From positions 36,610 to 100,609 of the forward strand of contig LLEV01000008.1 of assembly GCA_001567515.1 (NCBI GenBank): a DNA stretch of 64,000 bases. Direction: 5' to 3'. Position numbers and translations under genes: made by a program. This document shows positions 30,083 through 38,854 of the stretch, piece by piece; position 1 is the first letter of the stretch; the number at the start of each line of letters is the position of its first letter. The notes beneath the pieces were generated by a model. That model worked only from the letters and a program-made list of their open reading frames with translations. It was not told the origin of the DNA and did no database searches. Origin of the DNA: Microgenomates bacterium OLB22 (GTDB lineage: Bacteria; Patescibacteriota; Microgenomatia; UBA1406; HO2-37-13b).

Positions 30083-30667
30083 CTAGCCCTTTATGGCGAT
30101 GCATTCTACATATCGGAAGCAGTCGGTCGTATGGTCATTGACCATCCCTGACGTCTGCATATGGGCATAGATGACGGTAGGGCCGAGGAATTTGAAGCCG
30201 CGGCTTTTTAGATCTTTTGCTATTTCCTCAGAAAGGTCTGTTTTGGCCGGTAACTCTGCTATCGATTTCCATCTATTAACGATTGGTTTCCCACCTACAA
30301 AATTCCACATGTAGGTACTAAAAGAGCCGAATTCTTGTTGGATTTCTAAAAAATGCTGAGCGTTGGTGATCGTAGCCTTTATCTTTAGTCTATTCCGGAT
30401 GATTCCGGTGTCTTGCAGTAGTCGTTCGACGTCTTCATCGCCAAATCTAGCTACTTGCTCCGGGTCAAATCCAGCAAAAGCAGCGCGATATCCCTCTCGT
30501 TTTTTCAGGATGATTTCCCAACTCAGTCCTGCCTGCGCACTCTCAAGGACCAAAAATTCAAAAAGTATACGATCGTCATAGACCGGCACTCCCCATTCAA
30601 TGTCATGATAAGTCGTATAGAGCTCATTATTTATTGGTACCCATCTGCAGCGAGTTACATTACTCAT
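30083..30667 (-). CDS. tag: DNA-3-methyladenine glycosylase I
   Basis: 194 aa; Tag signature RCRWV…YHDIEWGVPVYDDRILFEFLVLESAQAGLSWEIILKKR. Confidence 0.9.
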   Translation of the reverse strand: MSNVTRCRWVPINNELYTTYHDIEWGVPVYDDRILFEFLVLESAQAGLSWEIILKKREGYRAAFAGFDPEQVARFGDEDVERLLQDTGIIRNRLKIKATITNAQHFLEIQQEFGSFSTYMWNFVGGKPIVNRWKSIAELPAKTDLSEEIAKDLKSRGFKFLGPTVIYAHMQTSGMVNDHTTDCFRYVECIAIKG

Positions 30668-30800
30668 AAAGAAATGGTACTTTTTGAAATCTAATTAGGC
30701 AAATTATGATCATCTGGACAAAGTATAGTTGAATACGTCTATAGTAATTGATATACTAATAGCTAGTTCTTTGAAATGCCGATCTTGAAAGGAGCGCTTT

Positions 30801-31491
30801 GTGAGCAGTAGCAGTTCGTCAAGTGTCCTCGGGGTCTGGGAGCGTTCAGGCTCTGACACCATTAGCAAGAATCTCTATTCGCTCATGATCTGTGTATGGA
30901 CTGCCTTCGGGATTGGTCTGAGTGCTGTTGGGTCATACCTCTCCCGAGATATGAAGTTGAGTTGGCCATTGTTGATAGGTGTTCTCATTGTGGGTTTTGC
31001 GGGGATATATGTTGCAGCGTCCAGTGAGAACCCACTTCTTTCTCTAATCGGCTATAGCATGGTTGCGATCCCTTTTGGGTTCATGCTGGGGCCAGTCGTG
31101 GCTCTCTATACTACGGTATCAGTCATGAAGGTATTCGTGATCACATCGGCTGTGGTGGTGGTCCTTGGATTTATTGGGGCTGTCATCCCGGATAGCCTTG
31201 ATAGCTGGGGTGGTCCACTGATGGGACTGTTGCTTTGTTCCATTATTGGTTACCTGATCGTCCCCTTCTCGGGGTTCTTTTGGGATTCCGATCGATACGG
31301 GACTCAATGTCCTCGATTGGGGTACTCTACTTATGTTTGGGGCGATCATTATCTATGATCTCAATCGTGCTATGCGTATTCCGTATACGCACGATAACGC
31401 AATCGATGTGGCTCTCGGAATCTACCTCGACTGGGTCAATGTATTTATCCGCTTATTGCGGCTGTTTGGTATATTGAAGCCGGACGACTAG
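30801..31491 (+). CDS. BAX-inhibitor-1/YccA family membrane protein; frameshifted as sequenced
   Basis: 7-TM layout. The conserved C-terminal part (…GAIIIYDLNRAMRIPYTHDNAIDVALGIYLDWVNVFIRLLRLFG) lies in the +1 frame and joins if T4 at 31278-31281 is T3. GTG start, poly-Ser N-terminus. Confidence 0.75.
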
Positions 31492-31553
31492 TGTGCGATT
31501 TAGCACGGTATTGCTGTAGGATCTATTCCTCACAAGCCGTGCTTTTTTTGTGC

Positions 31554-32300
31554 TTAATGTGTTACTGTAGCGATTGCATCACGCAGTTTCTGCATTTTCT
31601 CCTCAATTCGTGGGGAAAAGGTCATGCGCCCCTCATCTGGATGAAAGGAGAAGAGGGCATCCAGGGACTTCAGTCCACCGGCATCCTCCGTGTAGCTGCC
31701 TGCATCTATCTGAAAAAAGATGGCAGTAAGGGTGAGGAAGTCCTCAACCGAAAGTCCAGCGTGTGTTGCTCGCTCTTCTAGCTCTGTGACATACTTTTTC
31801 ATGTCTGGCTCCCCATCCTTAAGGTAGTGACCGATGGTGTCACCGTGGACTACGGCTAGGGCAATGTCTATCTGATTTTGAGGAAAGTCAAGTTGTGCTA
31901 GTATAATCCCCATCATGGGGACGGTGTATTCATGTTGCATCCGTTTGTCTCCGGCAGCTATCGCAAGAGGCTTGCCGATGTCATGGAGTGCTAGGACAGT
32001 CTCAAAGAATGGGTGATCGAGATGGGGAAGTGGCTTACCCCGGAAATACTTATGGTATTGCCCGAGTACCATGGCCGTATGTCGACGAAGAGTATACTCC
32101 TCCCATACACCAGCATCAGCATCGAGTAGGGACTTGAAATCTGCCTCAAATAGAGACAAAAACGTGGCAACGTCGTGTTCGGGGTCAGCTGTCACTTCAT
32201 CAATTTCAGCCCTTGTCAGGGCCATGCCTTGCAGTGCTCGTTGTACCTCTGGGAGGGATGTGTTTTCCGGACTAAGGTCCATTTCTTTAGTATAGATCAT
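31554..32300 (-). CDS. HD-domain phosphohydrolase
   Basis: 248 aa; HD motif LALHDIGKPLA, with additional His/Asp ligand candidates (HTAMVLGQY, HGDTIGHY). Confidence 0.75.
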   Translation of the reverse strand: MIYTKEMDLSPENTSLPEVQRALQGMALTRAEIDEVTADPEHDVATFLSLFEADFKSLLDADAGVWEEYTLRRHTAMVLGQYHKYFRGKPLPHLDHPFFETVLALHDIGKPLAIAAGDKRMQHEYTVPMMGIILAQLDFPQNQIDIALAVVHGDTIGHYLKDGEPDMKKYVTELEERATHAGLSVEDFLTLTAIFFQIDAGSYTEDAGGLKSLDALFSFHPDEGRMTFSPRIEEKMQKLRDAIATVTH

Positions 32301-32540
32301 AATATGGGATAGAATATAGCATATTAGTGTTTATATTACAATAACAAACATCTTCCAATAAACATCGATCATTGATAATTGAAACTTGTCTTTGTGTCAT
32401 CTCTTAGGAAATCCGGTCAACCCCACACCGTTCAAAAGCATTTCATGGTCTATGTCCATGCAAATGAGTTTGAACTATGAGGGGTTATGCGTCCGTAATT
32501 GCTCGTCCACACTTCATGTGAAACTCGCAAACGGTCGCAT

Positions 32541-32564
32541 AAAAAAAACCCCGCCATGGCGGGG
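32541..32564 (-). terminator. Rho-independent terminator for the 32571-32984 gene
   Basis: Minus strand reads CCCCGCCATGGCGGGG followed by T8. Confidence 0.75.
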
Positions 32565-32570
32565 TAAGGG

Positions 32571-32984
32571 TTACTTCCCTAATAGATATATAGCACTTGC
32601 TGCCATACCAAAGCCGGCGAACTTTTGTAATGTCGGCACAGTCCCATTGAATGCCCAGTCGAGGAGTGGTGCGCTCACTACCATGCATAGTGACACGAGA
32701 ACGATAAATGCACCAGTAGGGGTCTCTGGTTTGCCACAGATATAGCCATAGGTATAAACGGCAATGCCATTGAGCACTCCAGCAAGGACGAGTAGTCCGA
32801 TCCCTTTTACTCCAAGGTCAAAGTCTAGTCTTGTCCTTGCGAACAAAAGAATCATGATGCTTGCAACTGTGCTTACTACTGCGACCGTAGTAGCACCATT
32901 TGCCTGAGCATACTTTCCCACAATCGGCCAACCAACAAATGCTGTCGCGATGAGTACAGCTGCTACTATGATCCGAACGTCCAA
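32571..32984 (-). CDS. Small 4-TM membrane protein (SMR/EamA-half-like)
   Basis: 137 aa; TTG start 5 nt after AAGGAGG; four hydrophobic helices; an extended -10 (TGGTATAAT, 33042-33050) lies upstream. Confidence 0.6.
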   Translation of the reverse strand: MDVRIIVAAVLIATAFVGWPIVGKYAQANGATTVAVVSTVASIMILLFARTRLDFDLGVKGIGLLVLAGVLNGIAVYTYGYICGKPETPTGAFIVLVSLCMVVSAPLLDWAFNGTVPTLQKFAGFGMAASAIYLLGK

Positions 32985-33071
32985 CGGACCCTCCTTAGCT
33001 GAGTGCTTTTAAAATTACTTAAAAGGCTTTCAGATAGGGCTATTATACCATTTGTGATGGAAAATAGGTAT

Positions 33072-33100
33072 AAAAAAAAAAGGACTCCTTTAGGAGTCCT
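33072..33100 (-). terminator. Rho-independent terminator
   Basis: Minus strand reads AGGACTCC-TAAA-GGAGTCCT followed by T10; closes the 33090-34369 cassette. Confidence 0.8.
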
Positions 33101-33431
33101 GATCACTAGCTGCGTAGCGTTCCTCTATTGGGCGCAGATCCACACCAAGACTACGTTGGATTGCGAAGGCTGAAGGAAAGCCCGGAATCTGCCCTCATCA
33201 TTTTCTCCAATACAGACCTGTATGTGCCAGCCATTGGGTGCTCATAGTATCCTTCGACAGCTTTGATTTCTCTACCACCATCAGATCTTCTCGTTGCGAA
33301 AAATGTTGCCAAATCCCTTCATGAACTCCCAGACATATTTCTCTGGGATCACCACGTCAAGGCGGACATCCCTCAGATATGATCACATCTCTGGGGACTG
33401 CTCTATTCAGACGCCGTCCGATCCTGGGCAT
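33090..33431 (-). pseudogene. Unknown ~113-aa gene broken into four frame segments
   Basis: AAGGAGA RBS then ATG 33431. Segments: MPRIGRRLNRAVPRDVIISEG / DVRLDVVIPEKYVWEFMKGFGNIFRNEKI / SDGGREIKAVEGYYEHPMAGTYRSVLEKMMRADSGLSFSLRN / IQRSLGVDLRPIEERYAASDQDS. Each is offset +1 from the previous one. The last stop (33090-33092) lies inside the terminator stem. Confidence 0.45.
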
Positions 33432-33522
33432 ATCATTCTCCTTTAGGGTCCATTTGTTCTAGCGATTTAGACTGCTAGATTGCCGTCCAGTATAGGACTA
33501 ATTAATGTAGATGCAAGAGGGA

Positions 33523-34369
33523 TCATGTGATAAGTCGTATATGTTCTTGTGGAACTTCCCCCGGGATGAGGATCTCAGGACAGTTAAAACTCCAAGGGAA
33601 GGTAGTTGGAGTCCCCTTTATAGGCAAATAGTCTCCTGTCCCAAAGGGTACTCCATCTCTATACATATCGCCATCTCTAATCGTTCTCCCATCTGACATA
33701 TACTCAGGTTTCCTATACCATCTCAAGAAGTCAACTAGTGATATACAGTTTTCCCAGTAATCACTACCATGGTCACGAGCGGACCTATCTTCGGGGATAC
33801 CACGCATATTTACATCATCACTAATACGATTAAAGTACTCAAGGTCACCTACAAAGCATGCAGCAGGGTCTACCATAAGCTCTACGACTTCTCCAGGATA
33901 GACAGACCTAAGGTGGTCGGGATCTGTCATCTTATAGATGTAGTCCTCGAGAGTCTTGACACCAAGCTTTATTAGTTCATCAGGATAGTACTCTTGTAGA
34001 CCCTCAAATCGTAATTGATAGTATGCCCAATCATGTCGTACAAATCTCTCAGAGGCACCTCTAAGTCCATGTCCATGTTCAAGATGAGGGTATGCATAGA
34101 GCCCGAGTCTTGAGATCCCCCCCCGCAACTAGTCTAGGAGGACGTACTTCATCCATAATCATGTTACGTCGAGTCACTTGATCTGGAGATCCTAAGTTCT
34201 TCTCTATTCCGGCCCTCAATCCTTCTTTATCAATAGCAGTGAGAAATTCTGCCTTCGTTTCATGATAGAAACGGACGTAACCAGGAGGGGCTAGGATCTC
34301 TCGACGCGTAAGGATACTTTCTCTCCCTTGTGTCTTTCTCTCTCGCACATCGACTTGCAGGTCATCCAT
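33523..34369 (-). CDS. Unknown ~281-aa protein with an H-Y-E ADP-ribosyltransferase-like motif pattern (speculative); frameshifted as sequenced
   Basis: Track ORFs 34079-34369 and 33523-34128 join (…PPRLVAGGISRLGLYAYPHLEHG…) if C8 at 34117-34124 is C7. Motif-like strings: VRFYHETKAEFLTAIDKEGL, GLYAYP, GEVVELMV. Confidence 0.5.
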
Positions 34370-34461
34370 AGTATGCCTGCATTATAACGTCAATTTAGTA
34401 CTCGAACGAGTGATCTTTGATCGGGTTCTCAGGTGCCAGCCCAGGTTCAGGAGATTTGGGA

Positions 34462-34857
34462 CTATTCAGTGGTCACTCCATCAAACTCAGGTCCGTTAGT
34501 CACAGCCTCTTCCTTAGTGGCGCGCACTATGCCGTCCTTGTGGTGAGCTGGGGAGTAGATGGTATAGAGTTTTAAATCAGTAGCGCCTGTATTTATCACA
34601 TTATGCTTTGCCCCTGCCGGGACGACTATGGCCGTGCCATCTTCTACTTGATGTTCGGTATCGTCGATAATCACAATCCCCATTCCCGACTCAAAGCGAA
34701 AAAATTGATCGGTGTCTGTATGTGTCTCGAGGCCGATCTCTTCACCTGGAAGTAATCTCATGAGTACGAGTTGGCTATGTTTGCCCGTATAGAGAACCTT
34801 GCGGAAGTTAGTATTTTCACGTGTTTCTCTCTCTATCTCTGATCTAAATCCTTTCAT
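34462..34857 (-). CDS. Cupin-domain protein
   Basis: Cupin_2 pattern GEEIGLETHTDTDQFFRFESG…VVPAGAKHNVINTG; ATG 34857 preferred over the GTG at 34872. Confidence 0.75.
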   Translation of the reverse strand: MKGFRSEIERETRENTNFRKVLYTGKHSQLVLMRLLPGEEIGLETHTDTDQFFRFESGMGIVIIDDTEHQVEDGTAIVVPAGAKHNVINTGATDLKLYTIYSPAHHKDGIVRATKEEAVTNGPEFDGVTTE

Positions 34858-35182
34858 GCAAACAGTATACACCTGTAAGAGCTCTTTGTCATGAGAAATG
34901 TAGTAGTAAAACTACTATCGATAGGTAGTATAGCCAGCGCTGTGGAGGAAGATGCGCATATATCTAGCGACCCCAAAAAAATACCTGAGCACTTATGCAA
35001 TTACCCCGACAGCAGCGAAGATATATATGGGACTTATGATAGACGTAGTCTGATTTCATACCCTTCTATAGGTTCTGTGCACTGTGCAGGCCCATCCCTC
35101 ATAGATTCGGATCCTACTCACTCCTCATAAGTAGAACTCTTATTGTGTAAACGTATAGCATGTGGAAGCTGATATGACTACT

Positions 35183-35217
35183 AAAAAAAAGCCCCTTGCA
35201 TAAGCAAAGGGCTTTTT
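35183..35217 (-). terminator. Rho-independent terminator of hsp20 (bidirectional shape)
   Basis: Minus strand reads GCCCTTTGC-TTAT-GCAAGGGGC followed by T8; T5 on the plus side. Confidence 0.8.
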
Positions 35218-35230
35218 AACTACACTTCTA

Positions 35231-35681
35231 TTATGTTGTTTTAGTGCCCGTCTTCACCGGTATTCGTTTCGGTTTAGCCTCCTCAGCTATAGGAGCTTTT
35301 ATAGTTAGTACTCCATTATTGACAGTAGCCTCAATCTTTGTATTGTCTATTGGTCGAGGAAGGTAAGTAGTATAGTCAAATGAAGACACTCTCTGCATTC
35401 GATGTACTACTCTATTCCTTTTTTTCTCCTCATCCTTTACGTCGACCCGGCCATATATGTGGAGAACCCCATCTTCGTAAGTGATTTCGAGCTTATCCTC
35501 TGGTATACCTGGTACAGAAGCCTCTACCATGACATTGTTTTCCTCCTCATACACGTTAAGGCCTTGAGTCATAGTGAGCTCAGGCCACTCAGGCTGGTCG
35601 TCAAAAAAATGGCTGGAAAAACTGTCTTTGTATCTGAAATGGATCTACTTTTCTAAATGGGTCAAATCTTAGTATTGCCAT
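35231..35681 (-). CDS. hsp20: Small heat-shock protein (Hsp20/alpha-crystallin); frameshifted as sequenced
   Basis: Alpha-crystallin core in track ORF 35231-35572 (…ASVPGIPEDKLEITYEDGVLHIYG…VNNGVLTIKAP). The typical N-terminus MAILRFDPFRKVDPFQIQRQFFQPFF starts at ATG 35681 after GGAGGTGA and joins if A7 at 35603-35609 is A6. Confidence 0.85.
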
Positions 35682-35732
35682 GATCCTCACCTCCTTTCGG
35701 TTGTGTGAAATGACTTATAAAGCTATATTGGC

Positions 35733-35762
35733 ATATTAACACCATGTCTGCTAATATGTCAA
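35733..35762 (-). promoter_or_regulatory. Sigma-70-type promoter of hsp20 containing the shared ATATTAGCAGAC motif
   Basis: Minus strand reads TTGACA-N17/18-T(TAATAT); spacer carries ATATTAGCAGAC (35746-35757). Confidence 0.5.
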
Positions 35763-35926
35763 GTAGTTGAATCGGCAGTCACACGTGTGGTGGTCTTAGA
35801 GAGTAGACACTCTAGTAGTCCTGTAGCAGTGCATTTGGGAACTAGATCTGGTGAGTATTATAAAATGAGTTTGAGTATTCATGTTGAGTGGCAATGTAAC
35901 AATTGGTATTTCAGCTTTGGGCTAAT

Positions 35927-36880
35927 TCAGTAATTATAAAAAAGAACGTATAACCCAAACATCACAAACCCATTCTTTCTTGATATAAAATGCTTCTTTT
36001 GAAAGAATAGATAAAAGAGTCCGAGGCCAGTACCTATGAATGCAAATGTTGTAACGAAATTGCTAACAGTAAGCACCTCTCCATTGTGAAGAAGTGTGAA
36101 TATCCCAAAAAAGAGGGTGCTCACCGCCGCAGCCCCCATGTAGTCACCCATAGCGATCTCTTTTTTTCCTGAGATGACTGATCGTATTGCCAGAGAGAGC
36201 TCGGGCAGATCAGTGCCGAGGGCGACAATGAGGAGACTGATGTAAAAGGCGGATACCTCTAGAGTATGTGCAAAAAAAAGGGTTTTCTCAACGATAATAT
36301 GGCTTGCCGTAAAGACAATACCGATGCCCATAAGGAGCTTCAGTATGTCAAGATATGAGTAGGCCTTCATGTTAAGTAGTTGCTTGTTCTTAGCGTCAAA
36401 GATCCCTCTTTTTCTCTCAACGAGGTATACCAATACACTGTAAAGGATGATCATTGTGAGACCCTCTGTGTTGGTCACTTTCTTGTCCAGTACAAAAAAT
36501 GATGGTGTAAGAATCACCCCTAACGTAGCCAGAAGCGTAGTAGTATCAAATTCGTTTCGTAGGCTTATGCCATTGCCCAGTATAGCTAACAAGGGGATAA
36601 CTACCAGAAATAGGACTACTATCCCGCCTAACAAGTTCCCCACAAAGATCTCTGCGTTGTGATCTGCCACCGCCTGTAGTCCCACTGAGAATTCGGGTAT
36701 TGAGGTGAGAATACCAAGAAATACAAAAGAGAATGCAAATGGAGACAAACGTAATTTCTTGGAAAATTTACTTGCTGATGAGACTATAAGTCCAGATCCA
36801 AACCATATTAGGACAAAGGAAAGTAGAAAGTAGGCCATATTGGTGAGCAGCATAGATATGAGTATACAATACATCGCCAT
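35927..36880 (-). CDS. Ca2+/Na+ (CaCA family, YrbG-like) antiporter
   Basis: 317 aa, ~10 TM; two alpha-repeat-like segments (GNLLGGIVVLFLVV and GTDLPELSLAIRSVISGKKEIAMGDYMGAAAVSTLF). Confidence 0.8.
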   Translation of the reverse strand: MAMYCILISMLLTNMAYFLLSFVLIWFGSGLIVSSASKFSKKLRLSPFAFSFVFLGILTSIPEFSVGLQAVADHNAEIFVGNLLGGIVVLFLVVIPLLAILGNGISLRNEFDTTTLLATLGVILTPSFFVLDKKVTNTEGLTMIILYSVLVYLVERKRGIFDAKNKQLLNMKAYSYLDILKLLMGIGIVFTASHIIVEKTLFFAHTLEVSAFYISLLIVALGTDLPELSLAIRSVISGKKEIAMGDYMGAAAVSTLFFGIFTLLHNGEVLTVSNFVTTFAFIGTGLGLFYLFFQKKHFISRKNGFVMFGLYVLFYNY

Positions 36881-37005
36881 TTAGTAGTTCCAGCGGATGA
36901 TTGATATACCAGAAGGTATCTAAGCACACCTGAGGCTCAGCTGCTTTTTGTCGCAGCTATGACTATCTGCCAAGAAGGTAGGGTAAACCCTACTGATGTT
37001 GCAGC

Positions 37006-38016
37006 TTATTTTACTGAGTATTCTAGTAGCGCCCTCCTGTCTCTCATTCTTTGAAAGCGTTTTCTGTCCTGAGAAGCAAAAACTAAGAGGTTGTTGTATT
37101 CTGCATGGTTAAAACCTACAATCACCCTTGTCTCATCAATCTTTTTACGCAGAGATAAAAGTCTTCTTTTCAATTCTTCAATATTGGGATTAGTGATTTG
37201 TGAATTATTAATAACTTCAACCGCATGGTCGACATCGTCAAAGTGAATGTTAATCCAAGTCTGAAGTTCATCCTTAGCTTCATTTATTTCTTTATACATA
37301 AACTTAAAGTTGTCAGAATATTCGACCATCCTTGCAGGAGTCTCGGGCGTGACTATCATAAGGTAGTTAATGTCAGGACACGCTACCATTATTGCATATG
37401 GGTCAACATCGCGATCATCGCTGAGATCTGTCTCATCTATTGCACTCTCTTCAGTATCTCTTCGAATAGATCTCATAATATGTAGTATCAAACTCCTACG
37501 GAGTCGCGCTTCGTGAGCATGAAATAAGACATGAAAGTCTTCAAGAGAGAAAAACCCATTAACTGGATGTGTATGTACATGAATAAGAGGAAGGATGCCA
37601 TCATAATTATTGAAAACTTCTACAGAAGAGGCACTCACACTAGTACCGTCACCGTAGGATGGGTATGTTATTCCAAGCTTGTTCTCACTTATACTTATGC
37701 CGATCGTTGCCTCCATCTCCCTTGGGATAAGATCTCTTGTTTCAGGGTAAAGCAGTGTATCGACAGGATGTCTTATAAATGACTCAGAAGCTGCAGCCTT
37801 TTTGGGTCCTACTTTTTCAAAAAGATAAAGCAAAAAATCCAAGTCTAATTCATCTGCTTGAGCCAATTTTTTCGCAAGAACTTCATCTGCACCCCCAACT
37901 AGATAACGTACTATCTCTTCAGGCGAGATTTCTTTAGTATCAGTAAGAAGCTCCTGTGGCCGGGTACTGTTGGCTTCTAACGGTTTCGTAACGGGAGCTT
38001 CACCATAATCCAACAT
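37006..38016 (-). CDS. Orphan protein with a JAB/MPN(+)-like metalloprotease motif
   Basis: 336 aa from the first ATG downstream of tRNA-Ser (track ORF 37006-38178 runs through the tRNA). Motif …SSVEVFNNYDGILPLIHVHTHPVNGFFSLEDFHVLF, i.e. E…HxH…SxxD with one residue less spacing than the JAMM consensus. C-terminal coiled-coil. TATAAT lies 7 nt before the ATG. Confidence 0.55.
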   Translation of the reverse strand: MLDYGEAPVTKPLEANSTRPQELLTDTKEISPEEIVRYLVGGADEVLAKKLAQADELDLDFLLYLFEKVGPKKAAASESFIRHPVDTLLYPETRDLIPREMEATIGISISENKLGITYPSYGDGTSVSASSVEVFNNYDGILPLIHVHTHPVNGFFSLEDFHVLFHAHEARLRRSLILHIMRSIRRDTEESAIDETDLSDDRDVDPYAIMVACPDINYLMIVTPETPARMVEYSDNFKFMYKEINEAKDELQTWINIHFDDVDHAVEVINNSQITNPNIEELKRRLLSLRKKIDETRVIVGFNHAEYNNLLVFASQDRKRFQRMRDRRALLEYSVK

Positions 38017-38069
38017 ATTAGTATTATAGCTAAGATAATCAGTTCTGCTTTTAAAATTCTGGTTCCTTT

Positions 38070-38156
38070 TGGCGGAGGGTACAGGATTCGAACCTGTGCG
38101 GGATTGCTCCCACAAGTTTTCAAGACTTGCGCCATAAACCGCTCGGCCAACCCTCC
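38070..38156 (-). tRNA. tRNA-Ser (anticodon UGA), CCA encoded
   Basis: Reverse complement GGAGGGTTGGCCGAGCGGTTTATGGCGCAAGTCTTGAAAACTTGTGGGAGCAATCCCGCACAGGTTCGAATCCTGTACCCTCCGCCA. 7-bp acceptor stem, anticodon loop CTTGAAA, long variable arm, T-loop GGTTCGAATCC. Confidence 0.95.
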
Positions 38157-38183
38157 TAAGTACACGCTGCGGATACAAGGCAT

Positions 38184-38212
38184 ATTGTACTTTAATGAGG
38201 CTCTGAACTCAA
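38184..38212 (-). promoter_or_regulatory. Candidate promoter of tRNA-Ser
   Basis: Minus strand reads TTGAGT-N17-TACAAT, about 27 nt upstream of the tRNA 5' end. Confidence 0.35.
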
Positions 38213-38281
38213 TGTGTAGGTGCTGTAGGTTTCTTGATATAATAGCCAGACGTTCATTTACACAAGGCAAAGGAGTATGGT

Positions 38282-38839
38282 GTGCGTGAGGTCTATATCT
38301 CAGTAGATGTTGAGACTGATGGTCCGATACCGGGCGACTATTCGCTTCTGTCAATTGGTGCTTGTGTGGTCTATGAGCCTGATAGACTTTTCTACATTAC
38401 TCTAAAGCCACTATCAACCGATTACCTACCAGATGCTCTTGCGGTAAGTGGTCTTGACAGAGATCGTCTCATGCAAGATGGTATTGATCCCTCCGATGGG
38501 ATAAAGTCATTTGTCAGATGGGTAAGAAATGTCAGTCATGGAGCTCGTCCTGTATTTGTCGGATTCAATGCTACCTTTGACTGGATGTTTATCCACTGGT
38601 ACTGCATACACTTCGCCGGCATGAATCCCTTTGGGATAGCGGGCTGGGATATCAAAGCCTATTATGCTGGACTAACAAATGTTTCTCTCTGGGCCGATGC
38701 GGGTAAGAAGAAGATGGATCCGCGTTTTCTCTCCGCTCTACCTCATACGCATAATGCTCTAGATGATGCTAAGGAACAAGCTGAAATGTTTAGAAAGCTT
38801 AGAGATCAAGCTCGAAGCACGATCCCCCACAACTTATAG
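38282..38839 (+). CDS. DEDDh-type 3'-5' exonuclease (DnaQ/RNase T-like), stand-alone
   Basis: Exo I ISVDVETDG, Exo II FVGFNATFDWMF, Exo III HTHNALDDAKEQAEMF. GTG start 7 nt after AAGGAG. Extended -10 TGATATAAT at 38235-38243. Confidence 0.8.
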   Translation: MREVYISVDVETDGPIPGDYSLLSIGACVVYEPDRLFYITLKPLSTDYLPDALAVSGLDRDRLMQDGIDPSDGIKSFVRWVRNVSHGARPVFVGFNATFDWMFIHWYCIHFAGMNPFGIAGWDIKAYYAGLTNVSLWADAGKKKMDPRFLSALPHTHNALDDAKEQAEMFRKLRDQARSTIPHNL

Positions 38840-38854
38840 TTAGTGGGGTTTTTT
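38824..38854. terminator. Bidirectional hairpin terminator between convergent genes
   Basis: CCCCAC-AACTTATAGTTA-GTGGGG followed by T6 on the plus strand; both converging stop codons abut the stem. Confidence 0.7.

Noticed and set aside
32386-32745. ORFs 32386-32745 (+) and 32485-32688 (-) in or near the HD-gene upstream region, and a possible riboswitch or sRNA in 32301-32540
   Set aside because: The ORFs overlap a terminator and the 4-TM gene and lack RBSs. I could not recognise any known riboswitch consensus or a plus-strand terminator. Left as plain intergenic/promoter DNA.
34891-35130. 79-aa plus-strand ORF between cupin and hsp20
   Set aside because: No RBS, odd composition, no homology. 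It lies in a ~300-bp intergenic stretch. An sRNA cannot be excluded, but no promoter/terminator pair is evident for it.
36950-36975. Hairpin AGCTGC-N8-GCAGCT as a terminator or regulatory element
   Set aside because: No flanking T-tract on either strand. It is a short stem in an intergenic region and there is insufficient evidence.
33000-38156. An integrative island inserted at tRNA-Ser
   Set aside because: There is no integrase. I could not find a direct repeat of the tRNA 3' end anywhere to the left. The intervening genes (antiporter, hsp20, cupin) look like ordinary chromosomal genes.
37006-38354. Track ORFs 37006-38178 (N-terminal 54 codons) and 37977-38354 as coding sequence
   Set aside because: Both run through the tRNA-Ser gene (38070-38156). 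The first is trimmed to ATG 38016. The second is antisense or overlap noise.
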